A stretch of 64,000 nt of DNA from Vicinamibacteria bacterium (lineage in GTDB: Bacteria; Acidobacteriota; Vicinamibacteria; Vicinamibacterales; JAENWD01): NCBI GenBank assembly GCA_963764495.1, contig CAVXSR010000022.1, positions 171,501 to 235,500 on the forward strand. Direction: 5' to 3'. The notes under the pieces were generated by a model. That model did no database searches. It saw only the letters and a list, made by a program, of their open reading frames with translations, and was not told the origin of the DNA. The first letter of the stretch is position 1. Every line of letters starts with the position of its first letter. Positions 1 to 8,618 of the stretch are shown here, one piece after another. Both the position numbers and the translations under genes were made by a program.

Positions 1-631
1 TGACGTCGATCCCGAATCCGCCCCCCTCGTGATACTCGGCGTCGAACGAGTTCATGCGGAACCGGATCTGTCGAATCTGCGACTTCGGCGGCAGGCGCCC
101 GCCGGTGAACCCGTTGACGCGGAATGTCGCGCCGGGACCGGCCATCTGTTCCAGGACCTGTTGCAGTTCGTCGGGGTCGTCCGGCAGCTCCGCGATCTCC
201 TGCTCGCTCAATTGCGTGACGAAGCCGTTGCCGCGGACGTCGCTGTCCTGCGTGGTGACGATCACCTGCTCGTTGAGGCCGGCAAGCGGCAGTTTCAACG
301 TCAGCTGATTGGCGCCCTTCTTGACCTTGAGCGGCCCGTCGAAGGACTGAAAGGCGACGGCGTCGGCCTTGAGCTGGTATGACCCGGGGGCAAGGTGCTC
401 GAACGTCACCTCGCCGCGCGCGTCGACCTGCCGCGTGACCGGCGTGCCGGCCGGATCGACGAGCGTGACCGACGCGATGATCAGCGCCGCGCCGGTCTGA
501 TCGAGAACGGTGACGGTGACCTGGGCCTGATCGGCCGGAGCTGTATCAGCGGATACCATAGCTGCAGGGCACAGGAGCATCAGCAACGCTGCAGCGGGGC
601 TAAAGCCCCGCCTCCACAACGGTCGTCGCAC
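1..631 (-). CDS. TonB-dependent receptor-like outer-membrane protein, N-terminal part (gene continues left of window)
   Basis: Not in the ORF track because it is open at the window edge. My minus-strand translation from GTG at 631 gives signal peptide MRRPLWRRGFSPAAALLMLLCPAAMVSA. A carboxypeptidase-regulatory-like segment follows (VTVTVLDQTGAAL...GSYQLKADAVAFQ), then LPDDPDELQQVLEQMAGPGATFRVNGFTGGRLPPKSQIRQIRF. It starts 4 nt after the stop of 636..1568. Confidence 0.6.
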   Translation of the reverse strand, partial: MRRPLWRRGFSPAAALLMLLCPAAMVSADTAPADQAQVTVTVLDQTGAALIIASVTLVDPAGTPVTRQVDARGEVTFEHLAPGSYQLKADAVAFQSFDGPLKVKKGANQLTLKLPLAGLNEQVIVTTQDSDVRGNGFVTQLSEQEIAELPDDPDELQQVLEQMAGPGATFRVNGFTGGRLPPKSQIRQIRFRMNSFDAEYHEGGGFGIDV

Positions 632-635
632 CCGG

Positions 636-1568
636 TTACGATCCCTTCTTCGCGAAATCGGCCGGCTTCAGCGGCGCGTTCAGCTTGTACTTCTCGATCG
701 TGAACTCTTCGCTGACGTTGCCGTTCACACTTTGCGAGATCAGGTGCGGCAGCAAGACACCGTCGACTTTCTTGTACTCGCTGAAGTGGACCTCGTAAGT
801 CACCTGCTGCGGGGGCTCGTTCCGCATCTTCTCGATTTCCTCCGGCGTCGGCCGTTGACCCTGGCCGCGCATCATCATCCGCGGCAGGACGCCCTCGTAA
901 GTGAGCATCAGCGGCTTGTGCGACTCCTGATCGACGAACAGCTTCATCGGCGCCGCGCCCTCTGGCTTGATCTCGAGGACGTCGGCCTTGCCGTCGGGCG
1001 CTTCCGCCACGCCGCCGTAGGTGACCGGCGCCTCGCTCTTGAGGAACCAGATCAGCGCGTAGCGCGCGCGCTCGCCCTTGATGCGGCGCTCCTGAAACTG
1101 CTTGAAGCGCGACCGCTCTTCCTCGGTGGGCTCACGCCCTGCGCCGCCCGGTGCGCCCGGCCCACCGGGCCCGCCGCCCGGGCCGCCCATCCGCATCATG
1201 AACCCGCCGCCGCCGCGGTTCGTGCCGTCGTCCCACACCTCGGCGCCGTTGACCGCCGAGACGCGAGTCACGCTCGGTCCGCCCTGGCCGAAACTCATCT
1301 CCTCGGTGCGCTTGAATTTGTCGGGGAAGAGGAGATCGAGGGTCACGTCGCTCGAGAACTCGCGCTCGCCCATGACGCGGCGCGAGGATCCCGTGACCGT
1401 CGCCGATTGCACTTTGGCGAGCGCGTCGCCGCCGCCCAGTGCGCTGCGGGCCGCGGCGAGGACTTCCTCGGCCTTGGCGTCGGCTTGCGGCGGCGTGACG
1501 GCGCGCAACGGAATGGTCGCGAGAAGCGGCACGAGTACGAGCAGGGGAAGGAGTCGCGTGCTGGTCAT
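636..1568 (-). CDS. secreted protein of unknown function with Gly/Pro-rich insert
   Basis: 310-aa ORF with signal peptide LLPLLVLVPLLATIPLRA and a low-complexity tract GGPGGGPGGPGAPGGAG. Coding-like composition. No family recognised with certainty. Confidence 0.75.
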   Translation of the reverse strand: MTSTRLLPLLVLVPLLATIPLRAVTPPQADAKAEEVLAAARSALGGGDALAKVQSATVTGSSRRVMGEREFSSDVTLDLLFPDKFKRTEEMSFGQGGPSVTRVSAVNGAEVWDDGTNRGGGGFMMRMGGPGGGPGGPGAPGGAGREPTEEERSRFKQFQERRIKGERARYALIWFLKSEAPVTYGGVAEAPDGKADVLEIKPEGAAPMKLFVDQESHKPLMLTYEGVLPRMMMRGQGQRPTPEEIEKMRNEPPQQVTYEVHFSEYKKVDGVLLPHLISQSVNGNVSEEFTIEKYKLNAPLKPADFAKKGS

Positions 1569-1662
1569 GACAATCCATTAGACGGCCCGAAGCCGCCGTC
1601 AATCGTTAAACACGGGCAAAGAGATTGTTAACTTTGTAAAACGCCGACAATCCCGAATTTTC

Positions 1663-3574
1663 GTGGAATTCCGCGGTGGTAAACTCAAATCCGTGCGTCT
1701 GCCGTTTCGGCGTCCGACCGGCATCACCTGGCTCGTGGCCGCGGCCCTGATTCTCGTCCCGGTCCTCGCCGTGTTCCAGTATCGGTGGATTGGGCAGGTG
1801 AGCGACGCGGAACGCGAGCGTCACGAGCGGACGCTGCGGCATTCCACTTCGGCGCTGACCGACGACCTCGACATCGAGCTCATCCGCGCGTTCATCGGCC
1901 TGCGGGTCGAGGGATTGGCGGTCCAGAGCGACAACTGGACCGAATACGCCGAGCGCGTCGCCGGATGGCGTGCCGCCACCGCGGCGCCGGCCATCGTCCG
2001 CGACATCCTCCTGATCGATGGTGGCCCGTCGGGCGTGCGCCTGCGCCGGTGGTCCGGCGATCGCCGGCAGTTCGTCGCCGCCGCGTGGACCGACGACATC
2101 GCGCCCTATCGCAGGCGCGCCACCAACGAGCTCGCCCGCTGGGACGAGCGGTCGCCCGACGAGCCGCCGCGACCGATGGATCTGTTGAGCGACGATGGGT
2201 CGGCGTTGGTGGTGCCGATCGCGCCGGTGCCGGTGCAGAACGGTGGGCGGATGACCCAGTTCGAACCGGTGTTCGGCTACACGATCATCCGGCTCGACGT
2301 GCGATTCATCGCCGACGAGTTCCTGCCGCGGCTGATGGACAAGCATTTTCGTCACGAGGCCGGCGACGAGTACCGGATTGCCGTCGTCTCACGACAGAAC
2401 CCCTCGCACATGATCTTCGGCCTCAACGTCGACAATCTCGGAGCGCTCGTCGCGACCCACGACGCGGAAGCCGACTTCTTCGGGTTCCGGCCCGAACAGT
2501 TCCAGCTCGTTCGTACCGCCGCTGAATCGATGCGGGCGACGATGTCGCCGAGCGGCGACCGCCGGCGGAGCCTGTTCTTCAGCATGCAGACGCGGCGTCC
2601 CGATCCCAGGGGCGATTCGAAAGTGGGCGCACCACCCCGCCCCCCGGAATCGTTCACCAGGTGGCGGCTGGTGGCGCGTCATCGCGCCGGCTCGCTCGAA
2701 GCCGCCGTCGGCGCCGCGCGCACGCGCAACCTTGCCCTCAGCTTCGGCGTGCTCCTGCTGATGTTCGGCAGCGTCGCGGTGCTCGCGGTCACCGCCGACC
2801 GCGCCGAGCGTCTGGCGCGGCAGCAGATCGAGTTCGTGGCGGCCGTGTCGCACGAGCTGCGCACACCCGTTTCGGTCATCGGCGCGGCCGCGGAGAATCT
2901 CGCCGATGGCCTGGTCGCGGATCCAACACGCGTCAAGCAGTACGGCGCGCGGATTCAGACCGAGTCGCGCCGCCTCGCCGACATGGTCGAGCGCGTGCTG
3001 CTGTTCGCCGGCATCAAGGCCGGACGTGCGGTCGACCAGCGTGCGCCGGTCGAACCGGCCGGCATCGTGGCCGACGCGCTGGCATCGTGCTCGTGCGCGA
3101 TCGCCGAAGCCGGCGCCACAGTCGAGACCGACATCGGCGGCGTGTTGCCACTCGTCCTGGCCAATCGATCGGCGTCTCGGGGCCAGCATCCAGAACCTGA
3201 TCGCGAACGCGCTGAAGTACGGCGGCGGGTCGCCCTGGCTACGCGTGTCCGCCACCTCCGCTCGCGGCCGCCGCGGCGATGAGGTGCGTATTGCTGTCGC
3301 CGATCGCGGCCTTGGCATCACGGCTGCCGATCTGCCTCACATCTTCGAGCCGTTCTATCGCGGCGCCGAAGCCCAGTCCCGGCAAATCCGCGGCAACGGT
3401 CTCGGTCTCAGCATCGTCAAGGGCATTGTCGAGGCCCACGGCGGACGGGTGACCGTCGACAGCACGGCCGGCAGCGGCAGCACGTTCGTCATCCACCTGC
3501 CGGCGCACCGTGGCGAAGCGTCGCGAGCGGACGCCATGGTTGGGCAGGTCGGCGCGCCCGCGCGTGGCGCCTGA
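1663..3574 (+). pseudogene. sensor histidine kinase, frame-disrupted (or assembly indel)
   Basis: The TM segment and H-box AVSHELRTPVSVIGAAAENL lie in the frame of ORF 1663..3282. The N/G boxes IQNLIANALKYGG, DRGLGI and GNGLGLSIVKGIVEAHGG lie in the frame of ORF 2906..3574. A +1 frame change is needed near 3160-3172. Total length is not a multiple of 3. Confidence 0.8.
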
Positions 3575-3578
3575 TCGC

Positions 3579-4262
3579 GTGGCATCGCGCGTGCTCCTCG
3601 TCGAGGACGAGCCGGGCCTGGTGATGACGCTGACCGATCGGCTGGTCGCCGAAGGGTACGACGTGGAATCGGTCACCGACGGCGAGAGCGGTCTCACGCG
3701 CGCCACCGCCGGCTCCTTCGATCTGATCATCCTCGACGGCATGTTGCCCGGACGCGACGGCTTCGATGTGTGCCGCAGCGTGCGGCAGCGCGGAGTCCAG
3801 ACGCCGATTCTGATGCTGACCGCGCGCGGCCAGGTCGTCGACCGCGTGGTCGGCCTCAAGCTTGGCGCCGACGACTATCTGGTCAAACCGTTCGAGATGG
3901 CGGAGCTCCTGGCGCGGCTCGAGGCGCTGCTCCGCCGCGCGCCGCGTCAGGCGGGCGCCAACGAAACCTATCAGTTCGGCGACATTCACGTCGATTTCAG
4001 GAAGGCCGAAGTGGCCCGCGGCGGCGAGCTCGTGGAGCTGTCGGCGCGGGAGTTCAAGCTGCTCTGTTACTTCATCGAGCACCGCGGCGCCACGCTGTCG
4101 CGCGACGAGTTGCTGAACGAGGTGTGGGGGTACAACGCGATGCCCTCAACGCGAACCGTTGATGTTCACATCGCGTGGCTCAGGCAGAAGCTGGAAGAGC
4201 ATCCCCGCCGGCCCCGCTACATCCACACCATCCACGGTCTGGGCTACAAGTTCACCGGGTAG
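3579..4262 (+). CDS. OmpR/PhoB-family response regulator
   Basis: Receiver domain (LLVEDEPGL, DLIILDGMLPGRDG, LMLTARG, GADDYLVKPF) plus winged-helix output (REFKLLCYFIEHRG, TVDVHIAWLRQKLE, GLGYKF). GTG at 3579 is chosen just after the kinase stop. GTG 3564 and the track start 3510 are alternatives. Confidence 0.9.
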   Translation: MASRVLLVEDEPGLVMTLTDRLVAEGYDVESVTDGESGLTRATAGSFDLIILDGMLPGRDGFDVCRSVRQRGVQTPILMLTARGQVVDRVVGLKLGADDYLVKPFEMAELLARLEALLRRAPRQAGANETYQFGDIHVDFRKAEVARGGELVELSAREFKLLCYFIEHRGATLSRDELLNEVWGYNAMPSTRTVDVHIAWLRQKLEEHPRRPRYIHTIHGLGYKFTG

Positions 4263-4269
4263 AACGCGG

Positions 4270-4370
4270 CAGTAGGGCCGCACTTCAGTGCGGCCAATCG
4301 ATCGGCCCGACTGAAGTCGGGCCCTAGTGCTGCCGTACAACAGAGAGGCGGACCTAAAGGTCCGCCCTAC
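4270..4370. repeat. REP-like hairpin cluster (3 units)
   Basis: CAGTAGGGCCGCAC-TTCAG-GTGCGGCC, GGCCCGAC-TGAAG-TCGGGCCCTAG, GGCGGACC-TAAAG-GTCCGCCCTAC. Intergenic, between convergent genes. Confidence 0.85.
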
Positions 4371-4666
4371 ATGGAACAAAGGTTAGAAACGAGAGCCGGG
4401 GCCGGCACCGGAACCTGGCACCCTCTTCCCCCGGTTTGCCGTGAAGCCGCCGCCAGTACCCGACTCTCGTTGCCCGCTCGTTACGGGACGAATGACGGCA
4501 TTGCACAATCGGGGCCGCTTTGGCTCACCCGCGCGCGCTGTTACACGCCACGATTTTCCTGAGATTTTGTTTACGACGGCCGAAAGTCAGCACGACTGGC
4601 GTAAAACCACCTGGGACGAAAACGAAAAACCGGAAATTGGAAGATACCGAAACTCGATTATTTGGA

Positions 4667-5965
4667 TCACGCCGTGGGAAGACCGCGTGCGAGCACGTCC
4701 TCGATGGCGTCCACGAAGCCGTCGATTTCCTGGAGCGTCGTGTAGACGTTCGGCGTGACCCGGAGACCTTCGAACTCCGGGTGTTTGATCGGCGTCGCGA
4801 CGATGCCGCGCTTCTTGAACAGGTACGCCGCCAGCGCGGCGGGATCGCAGCCCTCGAGTGAAAGCAGTCCGATCGCGCAGGCCTGTGCCGGGTCGAAGCT
4901 GGTGAGCACTTTCGCGCGGCCGCGTCCCTCGAGCTTCCTCGCCCACCGCTCACGCAGGTAGCGGAGGCGAGCCGCTTTCCGCGCGCCGCCGATGCCGTGG
5001 TGAAATTCCAGCGCCTCCGCGATCGCGTTGTGCATCGCCGCCGGATGCGTGCCGATCTCCTCAAACTTCCGGATGTCGCTGTCCTTCGATTCGTTGGCAG
5101 GCGTGAGCGGCCAGTGCCCTTTGATCCGCTCACGCCGGACGTAGAGAAACCCCGTGCCCACTGGCGCCAACAGCCATTTGTGCAAACTGGTGCCGTAGTA
5201 GTCGCACTCGAGATCGGCGAGCGTGAACGGAAAGTGCGCGAACGCGTGGGCGCCGTCCACGATCGTGACGATGCCGCGCGCCCGCGCCATGCGGCAGACC
5301 TCGCGAACCGGAAAGATCTGCCCCGTCAGGTTCGTAATGTGGCAGAGGTGCAGCACTTTCGTGCGGGGCGAGATCGCGCTGTCGAAGATCGACGCCAGCT
5401 CCGCCTGCGATCGCGGCGGGACCGGGAAGGACACCTGGCGGAGCACGATCCTGTCGCGGCGCACGCGCTGCTGCCAGGTATCGAGCATGCGCGGGTAGTC
5501 CTGGTTGGTCGTGACCACTTCGTCGCCGGGACTGAGGTCGATCCCGAGCTGGGCGATCTGCAGCGCCTCGCTCGCGTTGCGCGTAATGGCGAGCTCCTCC
5601 GCATCGCACCCGAACTCGGCGGCGAGCTGACGCCGGACCGCTTCGAGATTGGGCTCGAGCACCTGCCACATGTAGTACGCAGGCAGCTGGTTCGAGATGT
5701 CGAGGTATCGCTTCATGGCCTCGTGGACCGCACGAGGGCTCGGGCACACGCCGCCGTTGTTCAAGTTGGTCAGCGTGCGGTCGAGCGTGAACGCCTCCTG
5801 GATTTGCCGCCAGAAGTCCTCGTCCTGTGCCACATCCTCCGGGGTACGGCCGGCGGCGGCGGCATCGGCCCGCGCGACGCGGGCCAGCGCATCCGGACGA
5901 CCCATCGCGACAACTGCCGCACCTGTCGCAGACTGGAGGAACGAGCGGCGAGAGGCGAGTGGCAT
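4667..5965 (-). CDS. class V aminotransferase-fold PLP enzyme (cysteine desulfurase / isopenicillin-N epimerase-like), Tat signal
   Basis: Start set at MPLASRRSFLQSATGAAVVA (twin-arginine motif) inside ORF 4667..6214. Contains SLHKWLLAPVGTGFLYV (PLP-lysine region) and ITNLTGQIFPV. Confidence 0.85.
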   Translation of the reverse strand: MPLASRRSFLQSATGAAVVAMGRPDALARVARADAAAAGRTPEDVAQDEDFWRQIQEAFTLDRTLTNLNNGGVCPSPRAVHEAMKRYLDISNQLPAYYMWQVLEPNLEAVRRQLAAEFGCDAEELAITRNASEALQIAQLGIDLSPGDEVVTTNQDYPRMLDTWQQRVRRDRIVLRQVSFPVPPRSQAELASIFDSAISPRTKVLHLCHITNLTGQIFPVREVCRMARARGIVTIVDGAHAFAHFPFTLADLECDYYGTSLHKWLLAPVGTGFLYVRRERIKGHWPLTPANESKDSDIRKFEEIGTHPAAMHNAIAEALEFHHGIGGARKAARLRYLRERWARKLEGRGRAKVLTSFDPAQACAIGLLSLEGCDPAALAAYLFKKRGIVATPIKHPEFEGLRVTPNVYTTLQEIDGFVDAIEDVLARGLPTA

Positions 5966-7073
5966 GACGCGGATTGTAGTGCAGCGAGCGGCCGGCGGAG
6001 CGGGACTTTCGACATGGTCACACCTCCTGCTGGGGGCGGCGTTCGCGTGTGTTGCCAGCTGCAGCCATCGCGTCCAGGTCGCGCCGGATCCCAGGATTCG
6101 GCCGTGCGGGGCTGTCGTCGATTCCGTAGGGGGATCGCTCGTCCGATCGCAGGTCGTGTGGACGTCGCCGGACAGTGCCGATGAACGGGTCAGGCTGGAT
6201 GCGTGGTGCGACACCGTCGGTCCGGTGGTTGTGCAAGGGCTGCCACCTGAAGGCCCGGTGCGTACGGACCGCCTGATTGTCGTGGGATGGAACGTGCACC
6301 TCGGCGCCGGCGATGTCGTCCGCCTCGTCGGCGACCTGCGTGCTGGACGCCTCGGCGCGGATGCCAGCGATGCGCCGGTCGTCCTGCTGCTGCAGGAGAC
6401 TTTCCGCTCAGGAGAGGCGGTGCCCGCGCCGATCGCGGGCGCTCCGATTCCGCGCCGTCTCGCGCCGCGCGGGACGGCGCCGCGCCGAAGTGCGCTCGAT
6501 CTGGCGGCGGCCCTGGGGCTGCATGCCTACTACCTGCCGACCATGCGCAACGGCCGCGGCGCCGCGCCTGCCGCCCGTGAGGATCGCGGCCTCGCCATCC
6601 TGTCGAGTCTGCCGCTGTCGGATCTGCAGGCGATCGAGCTGCCGCTCGAGCGGCAGCGGCGTCCGGCTGCCGCGGCAACCGTCCGGTTCGCCACCCTGTC
6701 AGGCGACAGCGTGTATCTCCGTCTGGCCAACGCGCATCTCGAAAGTCGCAGCGGTGCACGGCGATTGTGGATGGCCTCCCCGCACGCCCGGCATCGTCAG
6801 GCCGACGCGCTGCTGGCCAGTCTCGGCGGCGACATGCCGACGGTGCTCCAGGGCGATCTGAACACGTGGGCGAACCGCGAGCCGCTGCTCGAGCAGCTTG
6901 GTCGCGAGTTCGCGCCGTGCACTGATCGGCGGCCGACCTATGGCGGCGGCTTACACCTCGACTGGTTCTTTGCGCGGTTGCCGGTTGGCTGGACGATGAC
7001 CTGCCGCCGTCTGGACGAGAAATACGGATCGGATCATTATCCGTTGCTCGCGGTGCTCGAGCCTCGCCAGTAG
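5964..7073 (+). CDS. endonuclease/exonuclease/phosphatase (EEP) family protein, probable lipoprotein
   Basis: C-terminal SDHYPLLAVL, GDLNTW and WNVHLG motifs. LLLGAAFACVASC is a lipobox-like signal. Start uncertain (ATG 5964 or GTG 5979). The stop TAG lies inside a repeat flank. Confidence 0.75.
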   Translation: MTRIVVQRAAGGAGLSTWSHLLLGAAFACVASCSHRVQVAPDPRIRPCGAVVDSVGGSLVRSQVVWTSPDSADERVRLDAWCDTVGPVVVQGLPPEGPVRTDRLIVVGWNVHLGAGDVVRLVGDLRAGRLGADASDAPVVLLLQETFRSGEAVPAPIAGAPIPRRLAPRGTAPRRSALDLAAALGLHAYYLPTMRNGRGAAPAAREDRGLAILSSLPLSDLQAIELPLERQRRPAAAATVRFATLSGDSVYLRLANAHLESRSGARRLWMASPHARHRQADALLASLGGDMPTVLQGDLNTWANREPLLEQLGREFAPCTDRRPTYGGGLHLDWFFARLPVGWTMTCRRLDEKYGSDHYPLLAVLEPRQ

Positions 7074-7150
7074 GGCCGCACTTTAGTGCGGCCGTACACA
7101 CGGCCCGACTAAAGTCGGGCCCTACTGTCGGAGTCAGGCCCTACTGCACT
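7071..7150. repeat. REP-like hairpin cluster (2 units plus an extra flank copy)
   Basis: CAGTAGGGCCGCAC-TTTAG-GTGCGGCC ... GGCCCGAC-TAAAG-TCGGGCCCTACTG ... GGCCCTACTGCAC. Sits exactly between convergent genes 5964..7073 and 7141..7689. Confidence 0.85.
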
Positions 7151-7689
7151 GTCCGTCGTTCCATGTGGTAGATGCCCATGAACTGCGTCCACGGGCCGAT
7201 GGCCTCCTTGTAATCCCCGGCAATCGTGCGTGTGATCTGATAAAGATGCGTCAGGTCGTGTGATACCCAGCTGGCGATCAGCTGTGACAACGTGACCGGG
7301 CCCAGCGCAGGATGACGGCCGGGCCACGACAATTGCTCGTCCGTCAGGTTGAAGCCGCGGAGCGTCGCGAGATTGTCGGCGCGCAGGCGCTTGAACTCGC
7401 TGATCACGTTCTCGATGGACCAGCCCGCGTACCGCTTCTTGCCACCGTCGCGATCGAACGGCGTGAAGGCAACGCGATCCTGGTGTTCGAGAATGAGGCG
7501 GACGCGCGGGATCCAGTCGTCGACTTCGCCCCAGGTCAGATGCTGCATCACCTCGAACGGGCTCCAGGTTCCGGGTCCTTCGTTCTGATGCAGGAGCCAC
7601 TCGGGCAACGGCTCGACGAGGCGCACGATCGATTCGGGTGTGTTCTCGAGAAGCGTGATTGAAGCAGAAAGATCGTGACGTGCAGACAT
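7141..7689 (-). CDS. DinB-family (DinB_2-like) protein
   Basis: Start at MSARHDL inside ORF 7141..7791. Contains the His-rich helix-bundle pattern WSPFEVMQHLTWGE...SHDLTHLYQI. Confidence 0.8.
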   Translation of the reverse strand: MSARHDLSASITLLENTPESIVRLVEPLPEWLLHQNEGPGTWSPFEVMQHLTWGEVDDWIPRVRLILEHQDRVAFTPFDRDGGKKRYAGWSIENVISEFKRLRADNLATLRGFNLTDEQLSWPGRHPALGPVTLSQLIASWVSHDLTHLYQITRTIAGDYKEAIGPWTQFMGIYHMERRTVQ

Positions 7690-7724
7690 GCCTCGATTGT
7701 AGGTCCTGAAATGTGGTTGCGCAT

Positions 7725-7765
7725 CGGCCGCACTAAAGTGCGGCCCGACTGCAGTCGGGCCTACT
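7725..7765. repeat. REP-like hairpin pair (abutting)
   Basis: GGCCGCAC-TAAAG-GTGCGGCC fused to GCCCGAC-TGCAG-TCGGGCCTAC. Confidence 0.8.
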
Positions 7766-7771
7766 ACGGAA

Positions 7772-8446
7772 TCAATCGAACCGTCCCGCAAACACCCGCT
7801 GCCCGGCCAGGCTCGTCCGCAGGCCTGTACGCGGCCAGCACGAGCACGAAGATAGAACGCCCTTGTGGTGCGCGGCGGCCAGGCCGGCGCAGAGGCCGCG
7901 GCCGATTTCTGCGGCCTTGTCCGATCCGATTCGCCCGATCCGTCTGAGCAGTGTCACGAGATCCTCACCGCCGACGAACTCCATCGACAGGAAGGTCTGT
8001 CCATCGGCCTCGCCGATGTCGTAGACCCGGCATACGTTCGGATGCGAGACCTGGCGCGCAGCGCGGACCTCGCCCCGAAAGCGTGTCAGCCACTCGGATC
8101 GCGCACCAGCGACGGCGGCAGGAACTTCAGCGGGACGACCTGGCCAAGCGTCAGATCCTCGGCGCGGTACACTTCGCCCATCCCGCCTTTGCCGACGATC
8201 CCGACGATGCGGTAGCGGCCGGCGAGCAGCGTCCCGGGAGGAAAGCGTCCGCCGATGCGCGGGTCGCTCCCGGAAGGCGGCGTGACCCCTCGCAAGACGG
8301 GCGATTCCGGCGGCGCAAACGTCACATCGTTCGGGTGACGGCGTGTAAATGGTCGGCTGATCGGCAGCGTTACGGATCGGAACGCCGCAGTGCGGACAGA
8401 ACTGCGCCTCATCAGGAACGGCGGCCTTGCCCGAGGGGCAGGTCAT
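7772..8446 (-). pseudogene. Ser/Thr protein kinase remnant (zinc-ribbon N-terminus, subdomains I-VIa only, two frame changes)
   Basis: The outer frame gives MTCPSGKAAVPDEAQFCPHCGVPI. The middle part is in the frame of ORF 8086..8412 ([42 protein letters not shown]). The first frame then resumes (RFRGEVRAARQVSHPNVCRVYDIGEADGQTFLSMEFVGGEDL...AAAHHKGVL). HRDLKP, DFG and APE are absent. It ends at repeat cluster 7725-7765. Confidence 0.7.
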
Positions 8447-8618
8447 CGGCCCGATTATAGGAGGCTCGCCGATCTCCACTCGGCCGCGCTTGCCGCGTCG
8501 CGGTTGGCGCGGTATATGGTATAGGTTCCGACATACATCCACTCCGAAACGCGTCACTCCCGCCCTTCGAAAGGGCGCAGGGCGTCCCCGAGCGTGTCGA
8601 GGGACGCAGGGGTTCTCC

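Noticed and set aside
4270-4370. The hairpin clusters as CRISPR repeats, tRNA fragments or plain Rho-independent terminators
   Set aside because: There are no regularly spaced unique spacers and no tRNA cloverleaf or T-loop consensus. Most hairpins lack a following T-run. The conserved flanks, dual orientation and doublet organisation fit REP/REPIN elements better, though a terminator side-function is not excluded.
4540-4640. TPP (CUGAGA string near 4558), cobalamin or ZTP riboswitch in the 4371-4666 gap
   Set aside because: Only isolated short strings match. The remaining conserved cores (for example ACCUGAUCUGGAUAAUGCCAGCG, or the GCCACUG B12 box) are absent. No downstream gene is in the right orientation to be regulated.
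5964-5965. Divergent gene pairs whose ATG codons overlap in a CATG (5964/5965, and likewise 51257/51258)
   Set aside because: Probably an artefact of taking the first ATG. Better-supported internal starts exist (GTG 5979 before a lipobox signal; GTG 51311 after GGAGG), which leave normal divergent promoter space.
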